From: Euryarchaeota archaeon UBA251
GTDB taxonomy: Archaea; Thermoplasmatota; Poseidoniia; Poseidoniales; Thalassarchaeaceae
NCBI GenBank assembly: GCA_002497905.1
Contig: DAFJ01000085.1
Span: forward strand, 15,993-79,992
Reading direction: 5' to 3'
DNA length: 64,000 nucleotides
The notes under the pieces are model-generated. The model was not told the origin of the DNA. It ran no database searches and worked only from the letters and a program-made list of their open reading frames with translations. Below are positions 30,501 through 39,876 of this stretch, in pieces; the first letter of the stretch is position 1, and each line of letters starts with the position of its first letter. A program made the position numbers and the translations under genes.

Positions 30501-31676
30501 TCATTGACGAAGGACGTTAAGCGCAATTGACTCTTCATCGGAGAGGCCTGTCATTCGTGGCCCTTCTTGACCTTTAGACCACTTCTTTCCAATGCTTTCA
30601 TCGAGGAAAGATTCGAGGAAGAGGGGATGGATGTAGGATGAACGGCAAACAGCACGAGTGTTTCCTAGATTTGATGCAACTGTGTCAACAACGGCAAGCA
30701 TCGCCTTATTCCTCGCAGTGTCTGAATCGAGGGGGATTCGTTCATCTTTATTCACGAGATTCTGGAGATTCTCATTTGCAGGTAATGTGTCAATGAAGTT
30801 CACAAGAACACTTCCTTCAGTGTCGTTATCGATAAAAGCGAGACGATACGCACATTTCCATGTCGCAGCCCATGTACGGAAATCCTTCGCTGTGTAAGAT
30901 TCTCCAGTTGCATCCTGGATGTATTGATTGATGTGTTCGGCCTTCAAATCGTTCTCGTTTCCTGTCTCTGGATTCACGAAGTGGAAAAGATCTGTGTCCT
31001 TACCTCTTGATCCCAACTTACGTGTTTCGAGAAGGAGATCAACGATATTGTCGTCCTCAATCAGAATCTCCCATGACTTACCGGACTTACCTGTAAATGA
31101 AAATACAGCATCATGTCTACCTTCGGCGTTCTCTCCTGTCTTCCTAACCATGTGACCATTACGGAGCGTGGTTAGACCGTAAGATTCGTTGGTTCGAGCA
31201 TATTCATCACTACCAACCCGGATGTTATAGAGGTCCATAAGGCGGACAACAAGAGCGCTGACCTTTTCGATATCCATAGAATCGCGCTTCAAATCACGAG
31301 TGATTTTCTTCCTTAATGCAGGGAGCGCTTCTGCAAATCCTGCGATACCTGCGAACTTCATTCTGGTCTTCATTGAAATCCAATCCGGATGATATCTGTA
31401 TTGGAGGCGCCCTTTGCCGTCGACACCAGTAGCTTGGATGTGTCCCCGATTATTGGGGCACACCCATACCTCTGTCCACGCTGGCGGAATGGTGAGTGCC
31501 TTGATTTCAGCAATTCTATCAGCGTCCTCCAACACCTTTCCATCGGCTGTTTTGAATGTCCAATCGATGGAGTCATCCTCTGTGGACGCTTTTTCACTCC
31601 GAGTAATTCCTGGAACCGTACGATCCGAACGGATAAGATTAGCCAGAGTCAATGCCTCATCCACACTCAGTTCCAC
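30501..31676 (-). CDS. Type IB DNA topoisomerase, short bacterial/poxvirus-like form
   Basis: 391 aa. Motifs LTIPPAW, GRLQYRYHPDW, FSFTGKSGK, TAKDFRTWAAT and the catalytic region near GNTRAVCRSSYIHP match Vaccinia/bacterial TopIB. The start is GTG at 31676. Confidence 0.75.
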   Translation of the reverse strand: MELSVDEALTLANLIRSDRTVPGITRSEKASTEDDSIDWTFKTADGKVLEDADRIAEIKALTIPPAWTEVWVCPNNRGHIQATGVDGKGRLQYRYHPDWISMKTRMKFAGIAGFAEALPALRKKITRDLKRDSMDIEKVSALVVRLMDLYNIRVGSDEYARTNESYGLTTLRNGHMVRKTGENAEGRHDAVFSFTGKSGKSWEILIEDDNIVDLLLETRKLGSRGKDTDLFHFVNPETGNENDLKAEHINQYIQDATGESYTAKDFRTWAATWKCAYRLAFIDNDTEGSVLVNFIDTLPANENLQNLVNKDERIPLDSDTARNKAMLAVVDTVASNLGNTRAVCRSSYIHPLFLESFLDESIGKKWSKGQEGPRMTGLSDEESIALNVLRQ

Positions 31677-31716
31677 AAATTCATTAGGTCATTTGTCGAT
31701 GCTTGAGGATTGCCCC

Positions 31717-31724
31717 CTATATTT
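31717..31724 (-). promoter_or_regulatory. Candidate TATA box (AAATATAG on the minus strand) about 40 nt upstream of the topoisomerase IB start
   Basis: It is the only strongly AT-rich box in the 74-bp gap 31677-31750. The spacing is compatible with an archaeal promoter plus a short leader. No experimental support. Confidence 0.3.
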
Positions 31725-31750
31725 CAGAATTTGAAACTTCAAGAGGTCTT

Positions 31751-33349
31751 TCAATCAAGGAACAAACCATTGTATTGTGAACCCATGTATGCACCCCACC
31801 CGATACGCGATGGTGTAGATGCATTGAGATCCATGCGTGTCAACGTCCATCCCTCGGTTTCACTCAGATATCCCGTAGTAGTCGTAGTAACCATCTCTAA
31901 ATCGCCATCCATATCGAGATCTGCAATCAACGGTGTTCCAATACTGAGATTCGTTCGGTTGTAGAGTGAAATGGAGTTCATACTACAAGTCTCGAGAACA
32001 CTAGCAGAATTGTAAGATAGAGCCCCACCTGCTCTCCATTCTTCAGCTCCTCGAACAAGGACAATGTCGTCTCTACCATTGGAATCAAGATCCACAGAAA
32101 GGGGACTTGTGAAGATTGTATGTTCTGTTGTCTCATTCCAAAGGATGTCGCCTGTAGCTCCATCCACAAGCGCATAGTAAGACGATGAATACTGGGGGAA
32201 AACTCCGATAACATAGTTGACGAATACATCGGGAACTGAATCAGAGGTGAAGTATCCTACCGTTGGCGAGGCCCAAGACTCTAGACCTGAAGCAGTTCCA
32301 TTTTCAACAACTTCATGCATATCAATGGCCCATGTGTGTGTGTAATTACGACCATCCACTAGAATCAATCGACCATCAAAAGAAGATACCACGATGTCTT
32401 GGATTCCATCAAGAGTAAGGTCTGCAATCACAGGAGGGGTCATGAAGCCCTTTTTCACGTTTGGAGTCGGCGCTACAATTTGAATCGAGGTACTAAGATC
32501 ACCTTGCATAATGGCATCTACACTTGTAGACCAGAGGCTTCCATCCCAAGTCTCACCACCTGTTCCATAGAGAACCTCGACGGCCATATCAGGATGAGGC
32601 GTGTAGAGTAATGGAGACATGTACGTTTCACGACCATCTGGAAGATCCGCGACGCCTAGGGGCTGTCCATCTGCCCCTGAAAGGATCATCAGGTACCCAT
32701 TATCTCTCTCATCGTCGGGTTCCTTCATCGGATCGCCGCCATTGGCCACTAACCAATCTGAGACTCCGTCATCATTGATGTCATCAATGAACTGTCCAGA
32801 GTAAAACTGGTACCACGCCTCACGAATTGTGGAAGTCTTATCGAAACTCCAAAGGATATCTCCGGTTGCACCATTCACTGCGAACATTTGCTGATCTCTT
32901 CCTCCAAGAGCAATGTCGTCGACATTGTCACCATTGAGATCTTCAAACTGCGCGGATGCGAACATCTCGCCATCCGTTTCCACTTCCCAAAGCAAGTTTC
33001 CAGAAGTGCCATCCACTGCGATAATCGAGCCGGAGTGTGACTCTTCCGCACCTGTCCCAACAACGATGTCAAGGACAGAATCTCCATTGAGATCTGTTGC
33101 ATGAGGGGAGGACATCATGCGATTATTTCCTACAGCGGTCCACCGAGTCTCAAACTCATCTGATGGCATCGTTTCTGCAGAGCATGGATGTGTGTCAGCA
33201 CAATCACTTCCAGGCGGGCATGGAGGCGAAGGGGGTAACGGGACATCGGCTACATTCCTATTCACGATTGGATCCACTGTGGTAGGTAGGCTAAGCATCA
33301 CTGCTACAGCTACAGCGAGGATAGCTACCCATGGAATCCATTTTCGCAT
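31751..33349 (-). CDS. Secreted FG-GAP / beta-propeller repeat protein
   Basis: Repeated D-x-N/D-x-D-G-x-x-D Ca-binding loops flanked by hydrophobic strands (DLNGDSVLDIVVGTG; FEDLNGDNVDDIALGG; DDINDDGVSDWLVANGGD; DLDMDGDLEMVTTT). The signal anchor is MRKWIPWVAILAVAVAVMLSL. The track ORF extends to 33457. Confidence 0.6.
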   Translation of the reverse strand: MRKWIPWVAILAVAVAVMLSLPTTVDPIVNRNVADVPLPPSPPCPPGSDCADTHPCSAETMPSDEFETRWTAVGNNRMMSSPHATDLNGDSVLDIVVGTGAEESHSGSIIAVDGTSGNLLWEVETDGEMFASAQFEDLNGDNVDDIALGGRDQQMFAVNGATGDILWSFDKTSTIREAWYQFYSGQFIDDINDDGVSDWLVANGGDPMKEPDDERDNGYLMILSGADGQPLGVADLPDGRETYMSPLLYTPHPDMAVEVLYGTGGETWDGSLWSTSVDAIMQGDLSTSIQIVAPTPNVKKGFMTPPVIADLTLDGIQDIVVSSFDGRLILVDGRNYTHTWAIDMHEVVENGTASGLESWASPTVGYFTSDSVPDVFVNYVIGVFPQYSSSYYALVDGATGDILWNETTEHTIFTSPLSVDLDSNGRDDIVLVRGAEEWRAGGALSYNSASVLETCSMNSISLYNRTNLSIGTPLIADLDMDGDLEMVTTTTTGYLSETEGWTLTRMDLNASTPSRIGWGAYMGSQYNGLFLD

Positions 33350-33371
33350 ACTGCCACCACGCGCAGGGGAG

Positions 33372-33656
33372 TCACTTATCCTTGATGCTTGAAGGGATGC
33401 TTTCAGACCCACCTTGGAACCTTCTAAGGTGGCACCAGCGACCAATTTGGAAGCCAACGGTGTTTACCACAAGATCTGAAATTTTGTTCTCCCAAACCTC
33501 CTCTGTAAATTCGTATGGAAGGAAGATTTCCAGAATCTCCCAGCCAATCGATAGGAAAAGGAACAATGGCCAGCCAATCCTCGTTAAGAAGCCAAACCCA
33601 AACCATTGCAATAAATGGCCGACTGACCACATATTCAGTAAGGCCATATCAATCAA
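33372..33656 (-). CDS. Small membrane protein (94 aa), hypothetical
   Basis: Two to three hydrophobic helices. It is positioned between the cyclophilin and FG-GAP genes on the same strand. There is no homology support. Confidence 0.3.
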   Translation of the reverse strand: MIDMALLNMWSVGHLLQWFGFGFLTRIGWPLFLFLSIGWEILEIFLPYEFTEEVWENKISDLVVNTVGFQIGRWCHLRRFQGGSESIPSSIKDK

Positions 33657-34213
33657 ATTACGAGAGTAATGGACTCGATTTGTTGAGGAGTTTGGGGCCG
33701 ATCACCGGGGCCAGTAGGAGTCGTTTCAATCGCTTTCACTACATCCATTCCTTCGATGACCTTTCCAAATACTGGATGAGCAGATGCGCCGCGCCCGAAC
33801 CAATCGAGGAAATCGTTGTGCTGAGTATTAATGAAGAATTGAGAGCCACCGCTGTTTGGCCTACCAGTATTTGCCATCGAGAGTGTACCAACCTCGTTAG
33901 AGAATTTTTGAGTAAGTTCATCGGGGATATTGCCACCACGGTCACGGACAATGGACTGGCCATCACTAGTTGTGTAAGTGCCTCCACCCTTTGGACCACC
34001 GGTTCCAGCCCGAGGGGAGTTTGGATCTGCGGAGTGAGGACAACCACCCTGCAGCATGAATCCCTGAATGACGCGATGGAAATGAAGGCCGTCGTAGTAG
34101 CCATCTAAGGCGAGAGCGAGAAAATTGCCTGCAGTCACCGGCATCGTATCCGTGAAGAGTTCGATCTTGATGTCGCCTGCACTCGTCTTCATCACTACGT
34201 TGGTTCCAGCCAT
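33653..34213 (-). CDS. Cyclophilin-type peptidyl-prolyl cis-trans isomerase
   Basis: 186 aa. Cyclophilin signature HFHRVIQGFMLQGGCP...GTLSMANTGRPNSGGSQFFINT. Confidence 0.9.
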   Translation of the reverse strand: MAGTNVVMKTSAGDIKIELFTDTMPVTAGNFLALALDGYYDGLHFHRVIQGFMLQGGCPHSADPNSPRAGTGGPKGGGTYTTSDGQSIVRDRGGNIPDELTQKFSNEVGTLSMANTGRPNSGGSQFFINTQHNDFLDWFGRGASAHPVFGKVIEGMDVVKAIETTPTGPGDRPQTPQQIESITLVI

Positions 34214-34250
34214 GGCTCAACCAGAGAGAGGTGGGATTTAGCCTCATGCA

Positions 34251-34838
34251 TCATGCTTGGATGTCGGAAAGGCGTAACAATGCATAGAGGGGGATTTCTG
34301 CATCTCTAAAGGCATCAGCACCGCCTTCCTCTCGATCAAGGATAGTGATACAACCAACTACCTTACAGCCGATTTCTGCCAATCTCTCACAGGCCTTTAG
34401 CGCAGAACCACCAGTAGTGGTGACATCCTCGAGGATGATGCATCGATCTCCCGCCTTCAGGGTCGAGCCCTCAATGCCTGGTGGATTGCCGGTCTTCCGA
34501 CCCCCTCTGCCCTTGGGCTCCTTCCGGATAATGAAGCCGCGAAGGACGCTACCTGCAGGGGCTTTGGCAATCACAATACCTGTCAGAGGAACTGCACCTA
34601 GTTCGAGGCCTCCCACTGCATCGATATCTCCGATGCTCTCGAGTGTATCATGGGTTAGAACCCCGAGAAGATGAGCGCACTCTGGATCACACATAACCGG
34701 TTTCATATCGAAGAAATGAGGTGAAATACGACCAGATGCAAGAGTAAAGGGGTTTTCCGGCTGATACAGGTAAGCGAGATTTCGAACTCGTTCTATGAGA
34801 AGGGCACGGGCCTCTGTAGGAGTCGTCGGAGTCGCCAT
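34251..34838 (-). CDS. pyrE: Orotate phosphoribosyltransferase
   Basis: The PRPP-binding motif CIILEDVTTTGGS is present and the size is OPRTase-like. I placed the start at the internal Met (MATPTTPTEARALL), giving a 112-bp divergent gap to polD. Confidence 0.8.
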   Translation of the reverse strand: MATPTTPTEARALLIERVRNLAYLYQPENPFTLASGRISPHFFDMKPVMCDPECAHLLGVLTHDTLESIGDIDAVGGLELGAVPLTGIVIAKAPAGSVLRGFIIRKEPKGRGGRKTGNPPGIEGSTLKAGDRCIILEDVTTTGGSALKACERLAEIGCKVVGCITILDREEGGADAFRDAEIPLYALLRLSDIQA

Positions 34839-34950
34839 TGGTTGTAGGCAACGACGACGAAGCATGAAGGTTGTCAGTCCTAGCGATTTGTTCAAAGAGC
34901 GTCATTCTTCAGTACCGTTTCCGAGGTGGCATCGAATGGCGAACCAAACG

Positions 34951-37900
34951 ATGTCTGCCATCGATGAAAAGCGCCTCTCTGCTGAGATGGAACGTTACCA
35001 TCAGGCGCTAGATGAGGAGACGGAGCGACTCTACGGGGTTGCTGCCAAAGCGCGTGCAAAAGGACTCGACATGTCTACTGAAGTCGAAATCCCCCGTGCA
35101 GAGGATCTCGCTGATAGAACGGAGAAGCTCCTCGCCGAATATCTCGATGGTCTTGAGGTCGCCGAGGATATTCGCGAGATGCTCAAGGTAGAGGATAGAG
35201 AGATTACGGCAATCAAAATTGGGCAGGATGTTGCTCGAAAAATGATGGAACGAACTGGGGATCAAATCAAGGCGATAGATGCAGGATTGAGGACTGGGCT
35301 TGCCATTCTAACTGAAGCAATCTTAGTTGCACCTCTGGAAGGAATTGGTCAGGTGAGACTGCTCAGCAATACAGACGGAACCACTTTCTTATCCATTGAT
35401 TTCTGTGGTCCAATTCGTGCTGCTGGCGGCACCGCACAAGCGATGGCGGTCCTAATTGGGGATATGATTCGATCTGAGCTAGGTATAGCGAAGTATGACC
35501 CGACTGGTCCCGAAGTAGAACGTGTCAAAGAGGAATTTGGCCTCTATCGCGGGGGTTTGCAATACAGACCAACACCCGAAGAAATTGACGTAATTGTCAG
35601 GGCTTGTCCAGTGATGATTAATGGTGAATCTACCGAGGAACAGGAATGTGCTGGATATCGTGAAGTGCGAAATATCGATGATGGGCGTGTGCGAGGTGGC
35701 GTATTACTCGTGATTGGTGAAGGGCTCTGTCTCAAAGCACCGAAGATTCAGAAGCACGTAGAGCGATTGGAGATTCCTGGTTGGTCCTTCATTAGTGATT
35801 TTGCAAATCGTGGAAAGAGCGACGGTGAGCCTGATGAGGGGAAGTTCGTATCAAGGAAAATCCCCATCGATAAGCGATTCTTGAAGGATATCATTGCAGG
35901 ACGTCCGGTCTTTGGAATGCCAAATCGACCTGGTGGATTCCGTCTACGCTACGGCCGCCCAAGAGCTTCAGGTCTTGCTGCCGCAGGAATGAATCCAGCA
36001 TCCATGAGGGCAATGGGTGAATTTCTCTCCGTCGGAACTCAAATGAAAATCGAACGTCCGGGGAAGGCCTGTGCTATCACACCAACAGATGAGATCGATG
36101 GCCCATCTGTTCTACTCGAAGATGGAACGTTTCGACGAATTCAGACTGAAGAGGAATGGTTGCAAATAGAATCTAAGGTCCGTGCAATCTGGGATAATGG
36201 AGAACTAATGCTTGGTTTTGGAGAGTTCCTTGAGAATAACAAGAGGCTCGTTCCAGCCTCCTATACCACGGATTGGTGGGCAAGTGAGTTACTTGATTCG
36301 ATAAAAAATCAAGAGGATCTAGAATTCGTAACCAAACATCTCGAATCAGATGATTTACCCAACACTGAGCCACCTGGTATCCTGCGACGTCGGCTCAGAA
36401 GTAAGGAGCATCGATTAGAAAATGAATGGGCGCTACGCGACTGGCACCGATTCCTCAGAAAAGTAAGTCCTAGTTGGGAGGTAGCTATTGCCTGCAGCGA
36501 ACGATTCGGAATAGCCATCCATCCCAATCATAACCTATGTTGGTCCGACATACCAATCGCCTTACTTCCACATATTCACGATAGTATAGGCGGTGCGCAA
36601 GTTGAAGGAAATTCACTCCGAATCCCAGATGCTGCCAAAGGATGGACTCCTCCGAGTGTGAAGATTGATTCCGTGACAAACACAGACGAATCCGTTCAAC
36701 GTGAAAGGCAACTGAAGAGACGAGTAAAGAAGAAAGACAGCGCAGATTCATCGAAAAGTGTCTGGATGATTCCCGATCATCCGACAGGAGAATGGGACAG
36801 CCATCTCTCTTTGTCTGAGCACGGCGTCGTGAAGGCTAGTCTAATGGCACTAGGTATCGAACATGTTCACAATGAAGACGACATTGTCATCGAAAATGGA
36901 TGGCGGGCCCTGTTACACGGACTAGGATTTGAATCAGAAAAATCGGGTCTAACACTCCGAAAAGATGTACAAAACACAATCGAGATGCGAATCCAACAAT
37001 CCATCGAATCGCATTCCGTTGTGAAGAAAGAAGATGCACGTACAACGGCTCTTGAAGATGAACGTAGAATCGCACGGATTGCAGCAGAAACCGCAGCCCG
37101 GCAACGTGGAGAAGGAATCGCTGCGACTGAGGCTGCTGGAAAAATTGCTGAAGAAAAAATCGTGAATTCAGGACCTGAAGATCAGAAGGCGCTCAATGCT
37201 GCTAAACAGATTCTTGATGACAATGATGTCGATGGTTCCTTGGCTATCGTCAGAGAAATCACTGGCAACCGATGGGAAGATGCTGCGCCTTGTCGAGTTG
37301 GGTGTAGGATGGGGCGACCAGAAAAATCAGCACCGCGAGAGATGAAACAAAGAGCGCACGCACTCTATCCAATCATGAACTTCGGCGGACCTCAACGCCT
37401 CCTTGAGACCGCTGTATCTCGTGAAGGCAGTATTCGAGTCACTGTTGGGCCGCGACGTTGCTTGCGTTGTGACAAGGAAACTCCGCACGTACGTTGTCAC
37501 CACCGAGTCATACCCTCAGAACCGAAGGAATGTGGTGGTAGGACTACACCCGCTGAGAGGCGCGGATCACAAATGAGAAACCGTCAAGGAGAGTTGACAA
37601 CAATCCCCCTCGCCGATATTCTTGAAGTGAAGAGAATCGCACTTGGACTCGATCGCCTACCAACCGGAATCAAAGCGATGAAGGGACTGACTTCTCGGGC
37701 TCAGACACCTGAGCCAATTGAAAAGGGGATTCTACGAGCCGCCCACGATATCACTGCATTCAAGGACGGTACAGTCCGCTACGATATGATCGATGTTCCA
37801 GTCACACATTTCCGGCCCAGAGAAATTGGCACGTCTGTCGAGCAATTGATCAAGATGGGATATACACACGATGTGAGAGGTAACGAACTGGTTGCTGATA

Positions 37901-38988
37901 ATCAAATTCTTGAGCTCTACCCCCAGGACTTCATCCCCAGTCGAGATGGTGGAGAACATCTACTGAAGGCTAGTCAGTTCATCGATGATCTACTCATTCG
38001 ATATTATGGACTAGAACCGATATACAATGCCAAGGCAATTGATGATCTCGTTGGACATTTGGGAATTGCTCTGGCACCACACACCTCTGGTGGCGTCCTC
38101 TGTCGCCTAATCGGATGGACGGATGCTTCTGCAGGCTATGCTCACACGCTCTTCCATGCTGCTAAACGCCGGAATTGCGATGGAGATGAAGATTGCATTA
38201 TGCTGCTTCTGGACGGGCTGTTGAACTTCAGCAGGAAGATTCTGCCCTCATCAAGGGGTGGGCAGATGGATGCGCCGCTGACTCTGACAACACGACTTAA
38301 CCCGATGGAACTCGACAAGGAGGCTCTGCACGTGGATGCGGGGTGGTCCTATTCTACTGAATTCTTTGAAGCAACAAAATCAATGCCTCATCCAAAGGAT
38401 TTGCTCGGGAAGGTGGATCTTGTCCTCTCCCGAATCGGAGATATCGGTGCAGTCCGTGGTTACGGCTACACTCACGAGGCATCATCACTGGATGATGGAC
38501 CTGTGAACTCGGCATACAAGACGTTAGGCAGTATGGCGGACAAGATGAGTGCTCAACTATCCCTTGGCCGTCGACTCCGGGGCGTTGACGCCCAAATCGT
38601 TGCTTCTTCAGTCATTGGCTCCCATTTACTCCCAGATGTACGTGGTAATCTCAATGCATTCAGTCGCCAAAAGGTTCGATGTGGGAGTTGCAATCATTCC
38701 TATCGCCGTATGCCCCTAGCTGGTAAGTGTATCCAGATGATTGATTCCATAGGTGGTTTGCATGGTCACCGATCTTCCGGAGGAGAACAAAGCCGTTGTG
38801 GAGGGAACCTTATCCTCACTGTCTCCCAAGGTGCAGTACGGAAGTACCTGGGTGTAATCGATCACGTGATTGACAGCTTTGGAATTGACGACTACACTCA
38901 GCAGTATGTCGATTGGATGGCAGTCAGTGTAGAATCTCTCTTCCAGAACGACCGTGTGACGGTATTCACACTAGATGACTTCCTCTGA
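34951..38988 (+). CDS. polC: DNA polymerase II (PolD) large subunit DP2
   Basis: It has the archaeal DP2 N-terminus (ERLYGVAAKARAKGLD...EVEIPRAEDLADRTEKLL), conserved central blocks (GGFRLRYGRPRASG; ERPGKACAITP; HAAKRRNCDGDED; APHTSGGV) and a C-terminal Zn finger (CGSCNHSYRRMPLAGKC). No intein signature is present. The track ORF begins at 34795 but homology begins at MSAIDEKRL. Confidence 0.9.
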   Translation: MSAIDEKRLSAEMERYHQALDEETERLYGVAAKARAKGLDMSTEVEIPRAEDLADRTEKLLAEYLDGLEVAEDIREMLKVEDREITAIKIGQDVARKMMERTGDQIKAIDAGLRTGLAILTEAILVAPLEGIGQVRLLSNTDGTTFLSIDFCGPIRAAGGTAQAMAVLIGDMIRSELGIAKYDPTGPEVERVKEEFGLYRGGLQYRPTPEEIDVIVRACPVMINGESTEEQECAGYREVRNIDDGRVRGGVLLVIGEGLCLKAPKIQKHVERLEIPGWSFISDFANRGKSDGEPDEGKFVSRKIPIDKRFLKDIIAGRPVFGMPNRPGGFRLRYGRPRASGLAAAGMNPASMRAMGEFLSVGTQMKIERPGKACAITPTDEIDGPSVLLEDGTFRRIQTEEEWLQIESKVRAIWDNGELMLGFGEFLENNKRLVPASYTTDWWASELLDSIKNQEDLEFVTKHLESDDLPNTEPPGILRRRLRSKEHRLENEWALRDWHRFLRKVSPSWEVAIACSERFGIAIHPNHNLCWSDIPIALLPHIHDSIGGAQVEGNSLRIPDAAKGWTPPSVKIDSVTNTDESVQRERQLKRRVKKKDSADSSKSVWMIPDHPTGEWDSHLSLSEHGVVKASLMALGIEHVHNEDDIVIENGWRALLHGLGFESEKSGLTLRKDVQNTIEMRIQQSIESHSVVKKEDARTTALEDERRIARIAAETAARQRGEGIAATEAAGKIAEEKIVNSGPEDQKALNAAKQILDDNDVDGSLAIVREITGNRWEDAAPCRVGCRMGRPEKSAPREMKQRAHALYPIMNFGGPQRLLETAVSREGSIRVTVGPRRCLRCDKETPHVRCHHRVIPSEPKECGGRTTPAERRGSQMRNRQGELTTIPLADILEVKRIALGLDRLPTGIKAMKGLTSRAQTPEPIEKGILRAAHDITAFKDGTVRYDMIDVPVTHFRPREIGTSVEQLIKMGYTHDVRGNELVADNQILELYPQDFIPSRDGGEHLLKASQFIDDLLIRYYGLEPIYNAKAIDDLVGHLGIALAPHTSGGVLCRLIGWTDASAGYAHTLFHAAKRRNCDGDEDCIMLLLDGLLNFSRKILPSSRGGQMDAPLTLTTRLNPMELDKEALHVDAGWSYSTEFFEATKSMPHPKDLLGKVDLVLSRIGDIGAVRGYGYTHEASSLDDGPVNSAYKTLGSMADKMSAQLSLGRRLRGVDAQIVASSVIGSHLLPDVRGNLNAFSRQKVRCGSCNHSYRRMPLAGKCIQMIDSIGGLHGHRSSGGEQSRCGGNLILTVSQGAVRKYLGVIDHVIDSFGIDDYTQQYVDWMAVSVESLFQNDRVTVFTLDDFL

Positions 38989-39876
38989 TTAACGACGTTT
39001 CTTGCCATCGTCATTCATTCGATCCCAAAGGTCACTCACTGTCTTCAGATCCTCATCAATCTCCGCCTTGCCCTGAAGACGGCTCTCGTCACCTTCACCG
39101 AGGGCATCGAGCTCGTCGGCAATTGCTTCTGCATCTTCAATATCCTGATCACCCTTCTCATGCTCGGACTCATCTACATCCTTTGCCTCTAGTGACCACG
39201 CACGCCTCTTCCCGATGCTGCTAGTTTGAGTAGAGGCTGCCAACGATGATGTTAGATCTTCAACATCCACAGCATCACCTCCACTCAGCGCCTGTTTAGT
39301 TGCCTTCCAATCCTCATGCAACTTCCGCATCATTGGATTGGAACGCTTCCTTCGCCTCGATTTGAGCCAACCTCGAATCGCCCGATCTGAGATAAGAAGT
39401 GTAAGAGCGAGAATGTTTACGGCGATATATCCCTCTACCTGAATAGGACCGTAAAGATCCATCTCGGTCTCTAAATCGATAACAACATGCTGCTTAGGGA
39501 TTGATATTTGGCCTGTGCTATTGGACACAATTAGAATGAACATCGAGGGACCTGGCGACATTGTAATCCAGCGTTCGTCACTCCCTTCTGAGGAAGAGGA
39601 ATAGAGAGTTGTACGTTCACCATTCGAATCCTCAAGCATCAAGACAACATCGGTGTCGGCTGCACCTTCTACTGGCTCAACAGTGAACATGACATGCAGG
39701 GGAATGTCCCTGCCATGTAGGTCGGGCATCGTGAATGGATAATCCTGAACGATATCGCTTCCAGGTGCGATGATATGTTGGTCCGCTGTCGCTTGTAATG
39801 CCCCAGTCCATATCAGATTCAGTAAGACGAAAGTGATGATGGCAGTCGCCGCGGAACGAGTTTTGTTTTCAGTCAT
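38989..39876 (-). CDS. Secreted single-pass membrane protein with a charged cytoplasmic tail, hypothetical
   Basis: Signal anchor (MTENKTRSAATAIITFVLLNLIWTGA), a roughly 150-aa extracytoplasmic domain, a TM helix (IAVNILALTLLI) and a K/R/D/E-rich tail. No recognised domain. Confidence 0.4.
   Translation of the reverse strand: MTENKTRSAATAIITFVLLNLIWTGALQATADQHIIAPGSDIVQDYPFTMPDLHGRDIPLHVMFTVEPVEGAADTDVVLMLEDSNGERTTLYSSSSEGSDERWITMSPGPSMFILIVSNSTGQISIPKQHVVIDLETEMDLYGPIQVEGYIAVNILALTLLISDRAIRGWLKSRRRKRSNPMMRKLHEDWKATKQALSGGDAVDVEDLTSSLAASTQTSSIGKRRAWSLEAKDVDESEHEKGDQDIEDAEAIADELDALGEGDESRLQGKAEIDEDLKTVSDLWDRMNDDGKKRR

Noticed and set aside
34795-34950. Possibility that PolD starts at the track's Met 34795 (MRRARASVGVVGV...)
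   Set aside because: That extension is Arg/Val-rich and non-homologous, and would overlap the pyrE start on the other strand. The archaeal DP2 N-terminus aligns from MSAIDEKRL (34951).
34951-38988. Intein in the PolD large subunit, suspected from its length of about 1350 aa
   Set aside because: There are no Hint-domain blocks (no C/S-start with TxxH, no terminal HN followed by C/S/T flanking an insertion). The extra length is a charged low-complexity insertion.
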